IMG/VR virus record: IMGVR_UViG_3300025896_000028
Direction: 5' to 3' (one strand)
DNA from: a virus
Length of the DNA stretch: 64,000 bases
This document shows, piece by piece, positions 9,320 through 18,295 of the stretch. How positions within the stretch are numbered: the first letter of the stretch is position 1; every line of letters starts with the position of its first letter. A program made the position numbers and the translations under genes. A model generated the notes under the pieces. That model was not told the DNA's origin. It made no database searches and worked only from the letters and a program-made list of their open reading frames with translations.

Positions 9320-10090
9320 ATGGGATTATCTTTAGGAGATAGAATGAAAGAATTCTACGAAAACAGAACAAAAACTTTTTTGAATAGAAGAACCATTACC
9401 ATCATTAGACTTGATGGGAAAGGATTCTCTAAATTCACTAAAAATTTAAACAAACCATTCGATGATGGATTCAGTGATGACATGGATGCAACAGCAATCT
9501 TTTTATGTGAGAACATTCAAGGTGCCAAGTTTGCTTATACACAATCTGACGAAATTAGCGTGGTGTTGTGCGACTATGATACACTTGAAACAAGTGCATG
9601 GTTCGACTATAGCGTACAAAAGATGACAAGTATTGCAGCCTCTTTGGCAACTGCTAAGTTCAACCAATTAAGACATTTAAGGTCAACAATGCAAGGTATG
9701 GAAGGGTTAGCTGAAAGCTTAAACAAACTAGCTTTCTTTGATGCTCGTGTATTCCAAGTTCCTACTGTTGATGAAATGGTTAACGCAATGATTTTCAGAC
9801 AGCAAGACTGTACTAGAAATAGTATTAGTATGGCAGCATCTGCTAACTTCTCTCACAAACTATTAGAGGGTAAATCTGGTAGTGATAAACAGGAAATGTT
9901 ATTTAACGAGAAGGGTATCAATTGGAATGACTATAAAACCAAGTATAAACGTGGTGTAGTTATCAAAAGAGTAGCTGATATAGACTATAGTGGTGAAGCA
10001 GCTGCTGTTAGACGTAACTGGGTACCATTAGAAACACCTATATTCACTAGTGATAGGGATTTTCTAATAAATCTTATGCCTAAATTGTAA
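9320..10090 (+). CDS. tRNA-His guanylyltransferase (Thg1)-like 3'-5' nucleotidyltransferase (TLP)
   Basis: IIRLDGKGFSKFT, YTQSDEISVVL and RQQDCTRNSI match Thg1/TLP catalytic motifs. Start set to the ATG at 9320 (track begins at 9281, overlapping the upstream gene). Confidence 0.8.
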   Translation: MGLSLGDRMKEFYENRTKTFLNRRTITIIRLDGKGFSKFTKNLNKPFDDGFSDDMDATAIFLCENIQGAKFAYTQSDEISVVLCDYDTLETSAWFDYSVQKMTSIAASLATAKFNQLRHLRSTMQGMEGLAESLNKLAFFDARVFQVPTVDEMVNAMIFRQQDCTRNSISMAASANFSHKLLEGKSGSDKQEMLFNEKGINWNDYKTKYKRGVVIKRVADIDYSGEAAAVRRNWVPLETPIFTSDRDFLINLMPKL

Positions 10091-10167
10091 ATAATTAGGT
10101 ATGAATGTTGCAAATATACAATTAAATTCGTATTTTTGTATAAAATAACAAGTTTTAAAATAATAAA

Positions 10168-11748
10168 ATGGATTTTAAAGAATTAACTACAGAACAAATT
10201 GACTATGCTAGGGGTATTTATCAAGATAAAACTTTATCATGGGATGATAGAATGAATATTTTGGTTAAATTCTTTGGTAAATCAGAAAGAACAGTAAGAA
10301 AATGGTGTTCAGAACGATTAAATTTCAAAGAAAAGACTGAAATCGAACCAGAACAGTACGTAAAAGCTAAAGCTAAGGTACATGATGGTACTAAAAAACG
10401 ATTTATCATCACTTGGGCACAGAATAACACACCAGTACATAAGGGTTTCCTTAAGAATATTGAAGCTTATGCTGAATATATCAATGCGGATGTCCACGTA
10501 ATTGCTGGTAGGTATAAAAACCCAACTAGTATATGGTCAAATGACCAAGAAAATGAAGAATTTTGGGCTGATGAAGTAGTAAAATACCTAGATGCCAATA
10601 GACATGACATACATAAGTATGTTTCTATCCTATCAGATATCAAGATACAAGCTACTGCGGTTAATCCTATGACTGGGTTACAAGCATTGAGTGGTGTTAA
10701 TTCATCTATCTTCGGTAGTCCAAAGGTACAAATGGAAATGATTCCAGTACTAGAGGGTAATAAGCCTAAGATTATGCTTACCACTGGTTCTATTACCAAG
10801 AAAAACTATACTGATTCTAAATCTGGTAAGACTGGTGAGTTTCACCACACGTTTGGGTTTGTTATTGTTGAAATCAAAGATGATGAAACATTCTTTGTTA
10901 GACAAGTAACTGCCGATGATAAAACAGGTAACTTTAGTGATTTATATTACAGAGTTGAAGGTGGTTCTATTAGTGGTTTAAACACTATAGCTGCTGCTGT
11001 TCTAGGTGATATTCACTACGGACACCATGACCAAGAAGTTCTTGATTCAACTATGGGATTGTTAGATTCATTAAAACCAAAACACGTGATTCTTCATGAT
11101 GTTTTTGATGGAAATTCTATCAGTCATCACGAAATGAAAGACCCTTTTATTCAATATGGTAAAGAAGTTGCTGGAACCAACGACTTGGGTAAAGAGATTG
11201 ATTTGATGTTAGATGGATTGGGTGCATTCGCTAAGTTCGATAACGTTGTGATTGTTAGAAGTAACCATGATGATTTCTTAGACCGTTGGTTAAAGAATGA
11301 AGATTGGAAGAAACAACCAACATACAAGAACTCAAGACTTTACATGAAAATGTCTGATATGTTGTTGGAACAATATGGCAATGACCCTTACAATGTGAAA
11401 GGTGTTATTCCATGTATCATAAACGAGAAATTCCCTAAGTTCATTACTCTTGGTAGAAGTGCCACATATAGAGTTAAAGATTGGGAGCTTGGACAACATG
11501 GTGATATTGGTTCAAACGGTAGCCGTGGTTCATTGTTACAATTCCGTAAATTGAACACCAAGATTATCGTAGGTCACTACCATAGTCCAGGAAGAAAAGA
11601 CGGAGCATTGGCAGTGGGAACATCAACCAAGTTAAGAGTTGGTTATAACAAAGGGGCCAGCACATGGTTACAATCACACGTGATTATCCATAACGATGGA
11701 AGGTCACAACACATAAACTTCATTAACGGAGAGTTTACAACATTTTAA
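10168..11748 (+). CDS. calcineurin-like metallophosphoesterase with long N-terminal extension
   Basis: Metallophosphoesterase motifs GDIHYGHHD, LHDVFDG, VRSNHDDF and GHYHSP. No Walker A motif. Confidence 0.7.
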   Translation: MDFKELTTEQIDYARGIYQDKTLSWDDRMNILVKFFGKSERTVRKWCSERLNFKEKTEIEPEQYVKAKAKVHDGTKKRFIITWAQNNTPVHKGFLKNIEAYAEYINADVHVIAGRYKNPTSIWSNDQENEEFWADEVVKYLDANRHDIHKYVSILSDIKIQATAVNPMTGLQALSGVNSSIFGSPKVQMEMIPVLEGNKPKIMLTTGSITKKNYTDSKSGKTGEFHHTFGFVIVEIKDDETFFVRQVTADDKTGNFSDLYYRVEGGSISGLNTIAAAVLGDIHYGHHDQEVLDSTMGLLDSLKPKHVILHDVFDGNSISHHEMKDPFIQYGKEVAGTNDLGKEIDLMLDGLGAFAKFDNVVIVRSNHDDFLDRWLKNEDWKKQPTYKNSRLYMKMSDMLLEQYGNDPYNVKGVIPCIINEKFPKFITLGRSATYRVKDWELGQHGDIGSNGSRGSLLQFRKLNTKIIVGHYHSPGRKDGALAVGTSTKLRVGYNKGASTWLQSHVIIHNDGRSQHINFINGEFTTF

Positions 11749-11749
11749 T

Positions 11750-12175
11750 ATGGAAGATAATACAATTGAGATTAATGTGGATTTTGATGGAACGTGTGTA
11801 ACACATAGTTTCCCAGATGTGGGGTCAGACATAGGTTCTGTCCCCGTATTGAAAAGACTGACAGATAAAGGTCATAGACTTATTATCTTCACCATGAGAA
11901 GCAATCGACCATTTACCAAGTATGATGGTACGATTGACAATAATGGTTTGAATGATGTGGTTAAATGGTTCGCAGACAATGACATACCAGTTTATGGTAT
12001 TCAAACGAATCCGACCCAACACACATGGACTGAAAGTCCTAAAAGCTACGCACCATTAATGATTGATGATAGTGCTTTGGGTTGTCCTTTGAAGTATGAT
12101 TTAAGAATCTCACCCAGACCTTTTGTTGACTGGGGTAAGGTTGAGGAATGGTTAGAAAGTAGAGGTTTAATTTAA
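11750..12175 (+). CDS. HAD-superfamily phosphatase-like protein
   Basis: N-terminal DFDGT (DxDGT) motif. Confidence 0.5.
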   Translation: MEDNTIEINVDFDGTCVTHSFPDVGSDIGSVPVLKRLTDKGHRLIIFTMRSNRPFTKYDGTIDNNGLNDVVKWFADNDIPVYGIQTNPTQHTWTESPKSYAPLMIDDSALGCPLKYDLRISPRPFVDWGKVEEWLESRGLI

Positions 12176-12187
12176 AAATAAAAAACA

Positions 12188-12370
12188 ATGTACAAATTAT
12201 CGATTACTACACTTAAAGCTTTAAAGGCAGCTTTGGTAAACTCAAATGAAGTACTAACTGAATTGAGGGAAACAAATGATTTGCCATGGATATCTGGTGC
12301 AATCAAAAAAAACGAGGAACAAATTAGAATATTAACAGAACAATATTACATCGATGAAAGCACAAATTGA
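12188..12370 (+). CDS. small hypothetical protein
   Basis: ORF in operon context; no recognisable motif. Confidence 0.4.
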   Translation: MYKLSITTLKALKAALVNSNEVLTELRETNDLPWISGAIKKNEEQIRILTEQYYIDESTN

Positions 12371-12686
12371 TTTCTCTGAATTTTTAGAGATAGAAGGAAA
12401 ATTGGAAATTAAAATTGGTCGCATAACAGCATCTGAATCGGTACCAAAAAGCTATGGTATTAAATTAACCGTTGATTTCGGTAACGATGATGTTAGAACA
12501 GTTTTCACCAATTTAGGTAAAACATATAAACCAGAACAATTTATTGGTTTTGTAACACCATTCGTAACCAACTTGGCTCCAAGCGAAATCAAAGGTGTTT
12601 TGAGTCAAGCAATGATACTAGTTCCCCAAAACCTTAATGGTGATGATGAATGGTATGATTATTCAATAGGAACTAAATTATTATAA
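12354..12686 (+). CDS. tRNA-binding (CsaA/Trbp111/EMAP-like OB-fold) protein
   Basis: F.EF..L.L.IG.I..AE..P.SY..KL.VDFG......VF.....Y.PE.L.G pattern of the tRNA_bind domain. Confidence 0.6.
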   Translation: MKAQIDFSEFLEIEGKLEIKIGRITASESVPKSYGIKLTVDFGNDDVRTVFTNLGKTYKPEQFIGFVTPFVTNLAPSEIKGVLSQAMILVPQNLNGDDEWYDYSIGTKLL

Positions 12687-12687
12687 T

Positions 12688-12969
12688 ATGAAAAAGATTT
12701 ACAAATTTGAGGCCGATTTTGGTCGCATGGGAGAATTAGAAGGCGTATTCGTATCAACTGATGAAAAATTAGAAGCGTTATACGGAAAAGAAATTTATTT
12801 TGGTGAAGTGTTAGGTAAACATTCGGAAGTTATTTTAACACTAGATGTAGAACATATCACTGAAGTAACTGATGATGAAAAATTCATTGAACTTTTCGTA
12901 TTCTACAGGTTAGAAAATGGTTACAATCCTTTTGATTACTACGAAGAAGACGAAGAAGACGAAGAATAA
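12688..12969 (+). CDS. hypothetical protein with poly-acidic C-terminus
   Basis: Ends EEDEEDEE, encoded by a gaagaagac repeat. Confidence 0.45.
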   Translation: MKKIYKFEADFGRMGELEGVFVSTDEKLEALYGKEIYFGEVLGKHSEVILTLDVEHITEVTDDEKFIELFVFYRLENGYNPFDYYEEDEEDEE

Positions 12970-13421
12970 TGGCAAAGGTAATTGCAGCTGGTTTATTTAT
13001 CGTAAGAAAGGATAAAAAACTATTGATTTGTCATCCGACAAATCATGCCGAAGACTTTTACAGCATACCCAAGGGTAAGGTAGAGAAAGATGAAACTTTT
13101 TTAGAGGGTGCTTTTAGAGAAACCTATGAAGAAACTAATCTAAGTTTAAAAGATAGTAATAAATTTACTATTTACCCTTTGCAATCAGTCAACTATACAC
13201 ATAAAAGAAAGATACTATATCCTTTTTTATGTTTAGAGAACTTTGATTCAAAGATTGAATGGGGTGCTGTTGAGTTAAAGTGTAATTCCGATGTAGAAGA
13301 TGCTCGTGGTAACTTCCCAGAAATGGATGGTTATAAATGGGTAACACTAGAAGAAGCTAGACCACTGTTACATAACACACAGGCAGCTTGTATCGATAAG
13401 ATTTTACAAATAATTGGATAA
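12969..13421 (+). CDS. NUDIX hydrolase
   Basis: Nudix box GKVEKDETFLEGAFRETYEETNL. Confidence 0.75.
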   Translation: MAKVIAAGLFIVRKDKKLLICHPTNHAEDFYSIPKGKVEKDETFLEGAFRETYEETNLSLKDSNKFTIYPLQSVNYTHKRKILYPFLCLENFDSKIEWGAVELKCNSDVEDARGNFPEMDGYKWVTLEEARPLLHNTQAACIDKILQIIG

Positions 13422-13423
13422 TC

Positions 13424-13645
13424 ATGCAAATAGATTTACATGGGACTAAACATGAAGATGTAATAAGAAAGATTGACATGTTTATATGGGAGTGTATTCA
13501 AAACAACACATCTCAAGGAAAGATAATAACTGGGAATTCTCAGATTATGAAACAAATAGTTACAAGTTGTTTGGCTGAACATGGGTTAACACCTAACAAT
13601 TTATTAGCAAATAACAACGTGGGTAGCATTACCTTTGACTTATAA
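13424..13645 (+). CDS. Smr-domain protein (small MutS-related nuclease domain)
   Basis: MQIDLHG...GKIITG pattern of Smr. Confidence 0.6.
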   Translation: MQIDLHGTKHEDVIRKIDMFIWECIQNNTSQGKIITGNSQIMKQIVTSCLAEHGLTPNNLLANNNVGSITFDL

Positions 13646-13896
13646 TGTGGTATGTGTATATCTTAGAGTGTGCCGATAGTACGTTGTACACTGGGATAAC
13701 AACAGACATACAAAAACGCATTTTAACGCACAATAAAGGTAAAGGTGCAAAATATACCAAGACAAGATTACCAGTTGCTCTAAGGGCTTCATTTGAAGCC
13801 GTAGATAGAAGTAACGCAAGCAAAGAAGAATATAGAATCAAACAACTAACTAGAAAAGAAAAGTTAGAATTTATAAACAAATTAAACAACAAATAA
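13645..13896 (+). CDS. GIY-YIG nuclease-domain protein
   Basis: WYVYILECADSTLYTGITTDIQKRILTHN. Confidence 0.7.
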   Translation: MWYVYILECADSTLYTGITTDIQKRILTHNKGKGAKYTKTRLPVALRASFEAVDRSNASKEEYRIKQLTRKEKLEFINKLNNK

Positions 13897-15155
13897 TGGC
13901 AGAAGTGAAAAAAGTATGGAATGAGGATGACAACAGATTATACCCAGCGTATCCATCAAAGGAATTTGACAATTTAGAGAACGCAATCTATAACGTAGGT
14001 ATAGATGAGTATGGTCGTTTCTTTTTAACAAAAAGTAGTGATGGTTTTGTTTTCGACTATAAGATTTATGGTTTAGAAACTGAATTGGTTGAACGTGTAA
14101 TCAAAACCTACAACGCAACATCAAATGGAAACTTAGGTATTCTATTGAACGGGTTGAAAGGTACTGGGAAAACTGTTAGCTCGAAAATTATCGCTAGCAG
14201 ATTAAACCAACCAATTATCCTAGTGGATGCTGCAATCAAGGGAATTCATATCTTTTTAAATGGTATTTCTCAAAATATTACGATATTTATTGATGAGTAC
14301 GAAAAGGTATTTGGTGAATCTACGTCAATGCTAACAATCATGGACGGTGCGATGAATTCAGACCACAGACGAGTATTTTTATTAACTACAAATGAGTTGT
14401 ATGTTGATAGAAATCTTATCCAAAGACCTGGAAGAATTCGTTATCTTAAGAAATTTGAAGACCTTAAACCAGAAATTGTTGAGGAAATCGTTGACGATGT
14501 ATTGGTGCACAAACAATTCAAACAAGAATGTGTTCAATTCATTTCTAACTTGGAAACAATTACTGTTGATATTGTGAAAGCAGTTATTAATGAAGTAAAC
14601 ATCCACGAAGAAGGACCATCAGCATTTGAAAGTATCTTCAACGTTAAAAAATTGAAAGGGTCGTACAATATTTCTATCAAAGAAGAAGATGGAACAATGG
14701 CTCAATTGGCTAACAGCGTTAAGGTTTATCCAAGACCAACCTATGGTGATAACAATGTGAACTATAGATTTGAAATTGATGGTCAATCAATTGGTATGAT
14801 TACGAGAGTAATCGACTGGACTACAGTTGAAGTTTCACCATTTGATGGTGAGAAGGGTAAGAAATTAGGTTTCGATAAACCAATTATCTTAAAGGTTTCT
14901 GATGCTGATGTTGTTAACTATTCATACGCTTATGATGGGTACGGTAGTTCAATGATTGATAAACCTAGCAAAAGCATTTCTAAGTTTGCTAAAAACATCA
15001 TGAAAGCTGTTGATGAAGATGATGAAGATAGTGAGAACATCTTTGAAACTAAAGAAAAAACAGTTTCAAGACCAGTATCAGTAGGAAGTGTAATTCAAAC
15101 GCAATCAGAAGCATTTCCATGGGATGACCTTAATGATGAAGTAAGTGCTGGGTAA
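13896..15155 (+). CDS. AAA+ family ATPase
   Basis: Walker A LNGLKGTGKT, Walker B IFIDEYE, sensor LLTTN. Confidence 0.65.
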   Translation: MAEVKKVWNEDDNRLYPAYPSKEFDNLENAIYNVGIDEYGRFFLTKSSDGFVFDYKIYGLETELVERVIKTYNATSNGNLGILLNGLKGTGKTVSSKIIASRLNQPIILVDAAIKGIHIFLNGISQNITIFIDEYEKVFGESTSMLTIMDGAMNSDHRRVFLLTTNELYVDRNLIQRPGRIRYLKKFEDLKPEIVEEIVDDVLVHKQFKQECVQFISNLETITVDIVKAVINEVNIHEEGPSAFESIFNVKKLKGSYNISIKEEDGTMAQLANSVKVYPRPTYGDNNVNYRFEIDGQSIGMITRVIDWTTVEVSPFDGEKGKKLGFDKPIILKVSDADVVNYSYAYDGYGSSMIDKPSKSISKFAKNIMKAVDEDDEDSENIFETKEKTVSRPVSVGSVIQTQSEAFPWDDLNDEVSAG

Positions 15156-15176
15156 TAAATAATAATCTAATAGAGT

Positions 15177-15416
15177 ATGTATAGCGAAATAAAACATGTG
15201 GGTGAAGGTAAGTTTGAAGCTTTGATGGCTGATGGTTCCGTAAAGGAAGTCGGGCCGACACTTCGTGGGATAATCCGTTATACATACTTTGAAGATTATA
15301 CCCTTCCACCTTTGGGTTGGACTGTTAATCGAGAAGTTTTACTGAACGATTACCAAGAAAAGGTACTTCCAGATATTATTGCTGGTAAAATAACCCCGAA
15401 TACTATGAACTATTAA
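15177..15416 (+). CDS. hypothetical protein
   Basis: ORF in operon context; no recognisable motif. Confidence 0.4.
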   Translation: MYSEIKHVGEGKFEALMADGSVKEVGPTLRGIIRYTYFEDYTLPPLGWTVNREVLLNDYQEKVLPDIIAGKITPNTMNY

Positions 15417-15420
15417 AAAA

Positions 15421-15621
15421 ATGTTAATTACAAGAAGAATCGATTTAGGAGAATACATTGTTGAGATTGAATATGATGACGTTACAGGAGCTATAGAAGT
15501 TAGCGTATTGGATGAGCTAGAAGGAATTATTGAATACATGTCAATAACCAATGCTGAACCTAACAAGGATATCGATGAAGACAATGAAGGTCTTACTAAT
15601 TTGGACATTGGTTTAAATTAA
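15421..15621 (+). CDS. hypothetical acidic protein
   Basis: ORF in operon context; no recognisable motif. Confidence 0.4.
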   Translation: MLITRRIDLGEYIVEIEYDDVTGAIEVSVLDELEGIIEYMSITNAEPNKDIDEDNEGLTNLDIGLN

Positions 15622-15628
15622 AAGTTTT

Positions 15629-15907
15629 ATGGACGAAATAGATTTAAAAGTAGAAACTAGAACAATTACTGGTGGTAAAATCATTAAGATGACCGTTAGA
15701 AATATGTTCTATGTGGGTTTTATTGGTAAAATTAAAACAATACTTGTTTGGTTTTTTTACAAAAGAGGTATCTCATTCCGAGATTACCTAGATACACCAG
15801 TTACATATAGAGTAGAAATGGATGAACTTCACTGTTATCATCACATTGATGCTGAAAAAGAATTAGAAGAATTATTAAAAGAACAAGCAAAATGGGAAAA
15901 GCAATAG
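15629..15907 (+). CDS. hypothetical protein
   Basis: ORF in operon context; no recognisable motif. Confidence 0.4.
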   Translation: MDEIDLKVETRTITGGKIIKMTVRNMFYVGFIGKIKTILVWFFYKRGISFRDYLDTPVTYRVEMDELHCYHHIDAEKELEELLKEQAKWEKQ

Positions 15908-16359
15908 AAATACAAGCACCTAACTCAATACCCCTAACTCACGACTTAAAAGTCTTTTTGGGTGGTTCAATTGAAATGGGTAAAGCCATAAATTGGCAAA
16001 AAACACTTATCGAAGCATTGGCTGACAAACCAATCTTATTCTTAAATCCTCGTAGAGATGATTGGGATTCATCATGGATACAAAACATTAATGACGAGCA
16101 GTTTAGAACACAAGTAGAATGGGAATTAGATTCGATGGAACGTGCTGATATCATTGTTATGGTATTTGACCCTAACACTATGTCACCAATATCTTTATTG
16201 GAATTGGGATTACATTCAAAAAGTGGTAAGTTAGTTGTTATGTGTCCAGAAGGTTTCTGGCGAAAAGGTAATGTTGATATTGTTTGTAACACATATGACA
16301 TACCAATGGTTGAATCCATAGAAGAATTGATTCAATTTATCTTAGAAGATTTATGTTAA
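15892..16359 (+). CDS. nucleoside 2-deoxyribosyltransferase-like protein
   Basis: KVFLGGSIEMG..ADIIVMVFD..LELGLHSKSGKLVVMCPEG resembles the Nuc_deoxyrib_tr family. Confidence 0.55.
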   Translation: MGKAIEIQAPNSIPLTHDLKVFLGGSIEMGKAINWQKTLIEALADKPILFLNPRRDDWDSSWIQNINDEQFRTQVEWELDSMERADIIVMVFDPNTMSPISLLELGLHSKSGKLVVMCPEGFWRKGNVDIVCNTYDIPMVESIEELIQFILEDLC

Positions 16360-16889
16360 CAAAGATTCATAATAGTACGTTTCCAATTTTTTTTCAAGGT
16401 GATGAACTTAAGTACGTTAATTCAAGAGGTCTTAAAAACTTTGCTGACTTGGATACTAATATTGAAACTCATATAAGGAAAATAAAAGCCAATAACCCAG
16501 ATTCTGAAATAGAGGTAGTTTTTTATAGCCTTGAGAATGTGTTTAATGGTAAGTTAAGTTTAAATCTGGATGGTACGCAATCTTTTTTGATGGCTAGATA
16601 TGCTTATGTTGATGTTTCAGTGGGCCCCATCTATATCGTTGATTCACATGATAATGTAATCTTAGATTCTTTAAGATATTATAAGTACAAATTATACAAT
16701 CCAAACGAATCAGAACGAAATAACCCAGACGAATTTCAAGGTAAGCATGTCGTATGGTTTCAACCAGTTAGCTATAATGAAAAACTTAAACATAAAATAG
16801 GTTGGTCGGAAAAATTAAGTAGAATTACCGATGAAAATTTCATAAAACAATTAGAATTAGAATTGATTAAAAAAATAATAAATGAATAA
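16353..16889 (+). CDS. hypothetical protein
   Basis: ORF in operon context; no recognisable motif. Confidence 0.45.
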   Translation: MLTKIHNSTFPIFFQGDELKYVNSRGLKNFADLDTNIETHIRKIKANNPDSEIEVVFYSLENVFNGKLSLNLDGTQSFLMARYAYVDVSVGPIYIVDSHDNVILDSLRYYKYKLYNPNESERNNPDEFQGKHVVWFQPVSYNEKLKHKIGWSEKLSRITDENFIKQLELELIKKIINE

Positions 16890-17376
16890 AAAGAAACAGC
16901 ATAAGCTTAATTCAGAAATCATCGCAAAAGAAGTGCGTGTTGCTGAAGAAGGTGGTATTATGGCGTTATCAGCAGCCCTAGCAATTGCTGAATCTAGAAA
17001 CATGGATTTGGTTCTTATCAACGATAAGACAGTCCCAGTAATTTGTAAGATAATGAACTACGAGAAGTTCATCTACGAATTAAGCAAGAAGCCTAAAAAC
17101 AAAGGGTTAGACGTAAAAGAAATCAAGCTTGGACCGAATACAACAGATAATGATTTGGAATACCGAATCAAACACATGGTTGAATTCCTTAAAAAAGGTC
17201 ACAGAGTTAAGATTAGCCTTCAGTTCAGAGGTCGTCAAATGCAACACATTGATATTGGACAACAACAAATACTTAAAATGATTGTTGCCGTTGAAGAATT
17301 TGGGTCAGCAGAAGCTATGCCTAAGTTAGAAGGTAAAAAAATGTTTGCGGTAATCAAACCGAAAGTGGTTAAATAA
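16882..17376 (+). CDS. infC: translation initiation factor IF-3 homolog
   Basis: Aligns end-to-end with bacterial IF3: INSEIIAKEVRV.., KIMNYEKFIYE.., LQFRGRQMQH.., C-terminal KKMFAVIKPK. Confidence 0.8.
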   Translation: MNKKKQHKLNSEIIAKEVRVAEEGGIMALSAALAIAESRNMDLVLINDKTVPVICKIMNYEKFIYELSKKPKNKGLDVKEIKLGPNTTDNDLEYRIKHMVEFLKKGHRVKISLQFRGRQMQHIDIGQQQILKMIVAVEEFGSAEAMPKLEGKKMFAVIKPKVVK

Positions 17377-17378
17377 CC

Positions 17379-17407
17379 TTGACACTTATTTTTATTATGA
17401 CTATAAT
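17379..17407 (+). promoter_or_regulatory. perfect sigma-70 consensus TTGACA-N17-TATAAT
   Basis: ttgaca cttatttttattatgac tataat, 5 nt upstream of the ATG at ~17413. Unusual in a genome otherwise using TAnnTTTG promoters. Confidence 0.35.
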
Positions 17408-17412
17408 TGTAT

Positions 17413-17886
17413 ATGGAAAAATTCATATACGATTATTTGTCAAAAAATTATTACATTGATACTAGCGAAGTTGGTAACGATGGGATATACTCTATTTCCG
17501 ATGATAGGAAATTTAAAACACCGCATTGTGGTAAAAAGCTAACCAATGAGTTAATCACTGTATTTAACATTGCAGAAGAAGAAGCTAAGCTTTTTATCCA
17601 TCTTTGGTCTAGCAACATAAAACCAGATGTAGACTTAGAATTCTACTGGCAAACCCTAGAAACTTTATTTGAAAACGTAGCGTTTCCAATGGTTCGAAGA
17701 GTATTTGCACAAACCCTAGCTATGGATTTGGTACCAGTTGTACCATTGTCAATGCCTAATCTTGATTTGGTTTATTTGGATTTTCAATACAAAGAAGAAA
17801 CTTTGTATGAAAAGGTTAAAAATAAAATTATTGAAGTTATGGAGAATATTTATTATAGAATATTAGGATTATTCAAAAATAATTAA
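17413..17886 (+). CDS. hypothetical protein
   Basis: Track start at 17407 is a TTG; the ATG at ~17413 is preferred. Confidence 0.5.
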   Translation: MEKFIYDYLSKNYYIDTSEVGNDGIYSISDDRKFKTPHCGKKLTNELITVFNIAEEEAKLFIHLWSSNIKPDVDLEFYWQTLETLFENVAFPMVRRVFAQTLAMDLVPVVPLSMPNLDLVYLDFQYKEETLYEKVKNKIIEVMENIYYRILGLFKNN

Positions 17887-17909
17887 TACCTTTGTAAACG
17901 AAATGAAAA

Positions 17910-18290
17910 ATGAAATTTAACATATTAAAAACTAGACGAGGAAAATTAGGTAGCAAGATTCAAATTGAATTAGATAAAACCAAACCAAATCTAGAAACTA
18001 TTCTTACGTTAGTAGATGACTATGAGAAAAATAACTTGGAATCAATCGAGAAATTGAGAAAGGAAAAGTTATACGAAACGAAAAGAATAAACGGTGCTTT
18101 AAAACAAACTATTAACGCACACGGACCAATAACAGCAGTACTGATTGGTTCAGCAACAAAAAGAATACACGGGTCGCTATTGGCCAATGGAACCACAGAC
18201 CAACAAGATTATGTGAAAATAAATAAAGGGTCATTCATACTAGGAATGATTTTTATAATAATCACAATCGGAGTGTTGGTCATAATTTAA
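17910..18290 (+). CDS. hypothetical protein with C-terminal TM anchor
   Basis: TAccTTTG motif at ~17886 about 17 nt upstream; hydrophobic C-terminus. Confidence 0.5.
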   Translation: MKFNILKTRRGKLGSKIQIELDKTKPNLETILTLVDDYEKNNLESIEKLRKEKLYETKRINGALKQTINAHGPITAVLIGSATKRIHGSLLANGTTDQQDYVKINKGSFILGMIFIIITIGVLVII

Positions 18291-18295
18291 AAACT

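Noticed and set aside
12900-12965. gaagaagac tandem repeat as a regulatory repeat
   Set aside because: It is in-frame coding for a poly-Glu/Asp C-terminus of ORF 12688..12969.
17407-17412. TTG/other non-ATG starts proposed by the ORF track (also 35601, 52829, 57494, 38649, 22150)
   Set aside because: Each falls inside the conserved TAccTTTG promoter or a terminator. An in-frame ATG 6-50 nt downstream with the usual A-rich leader is the more plausible start.
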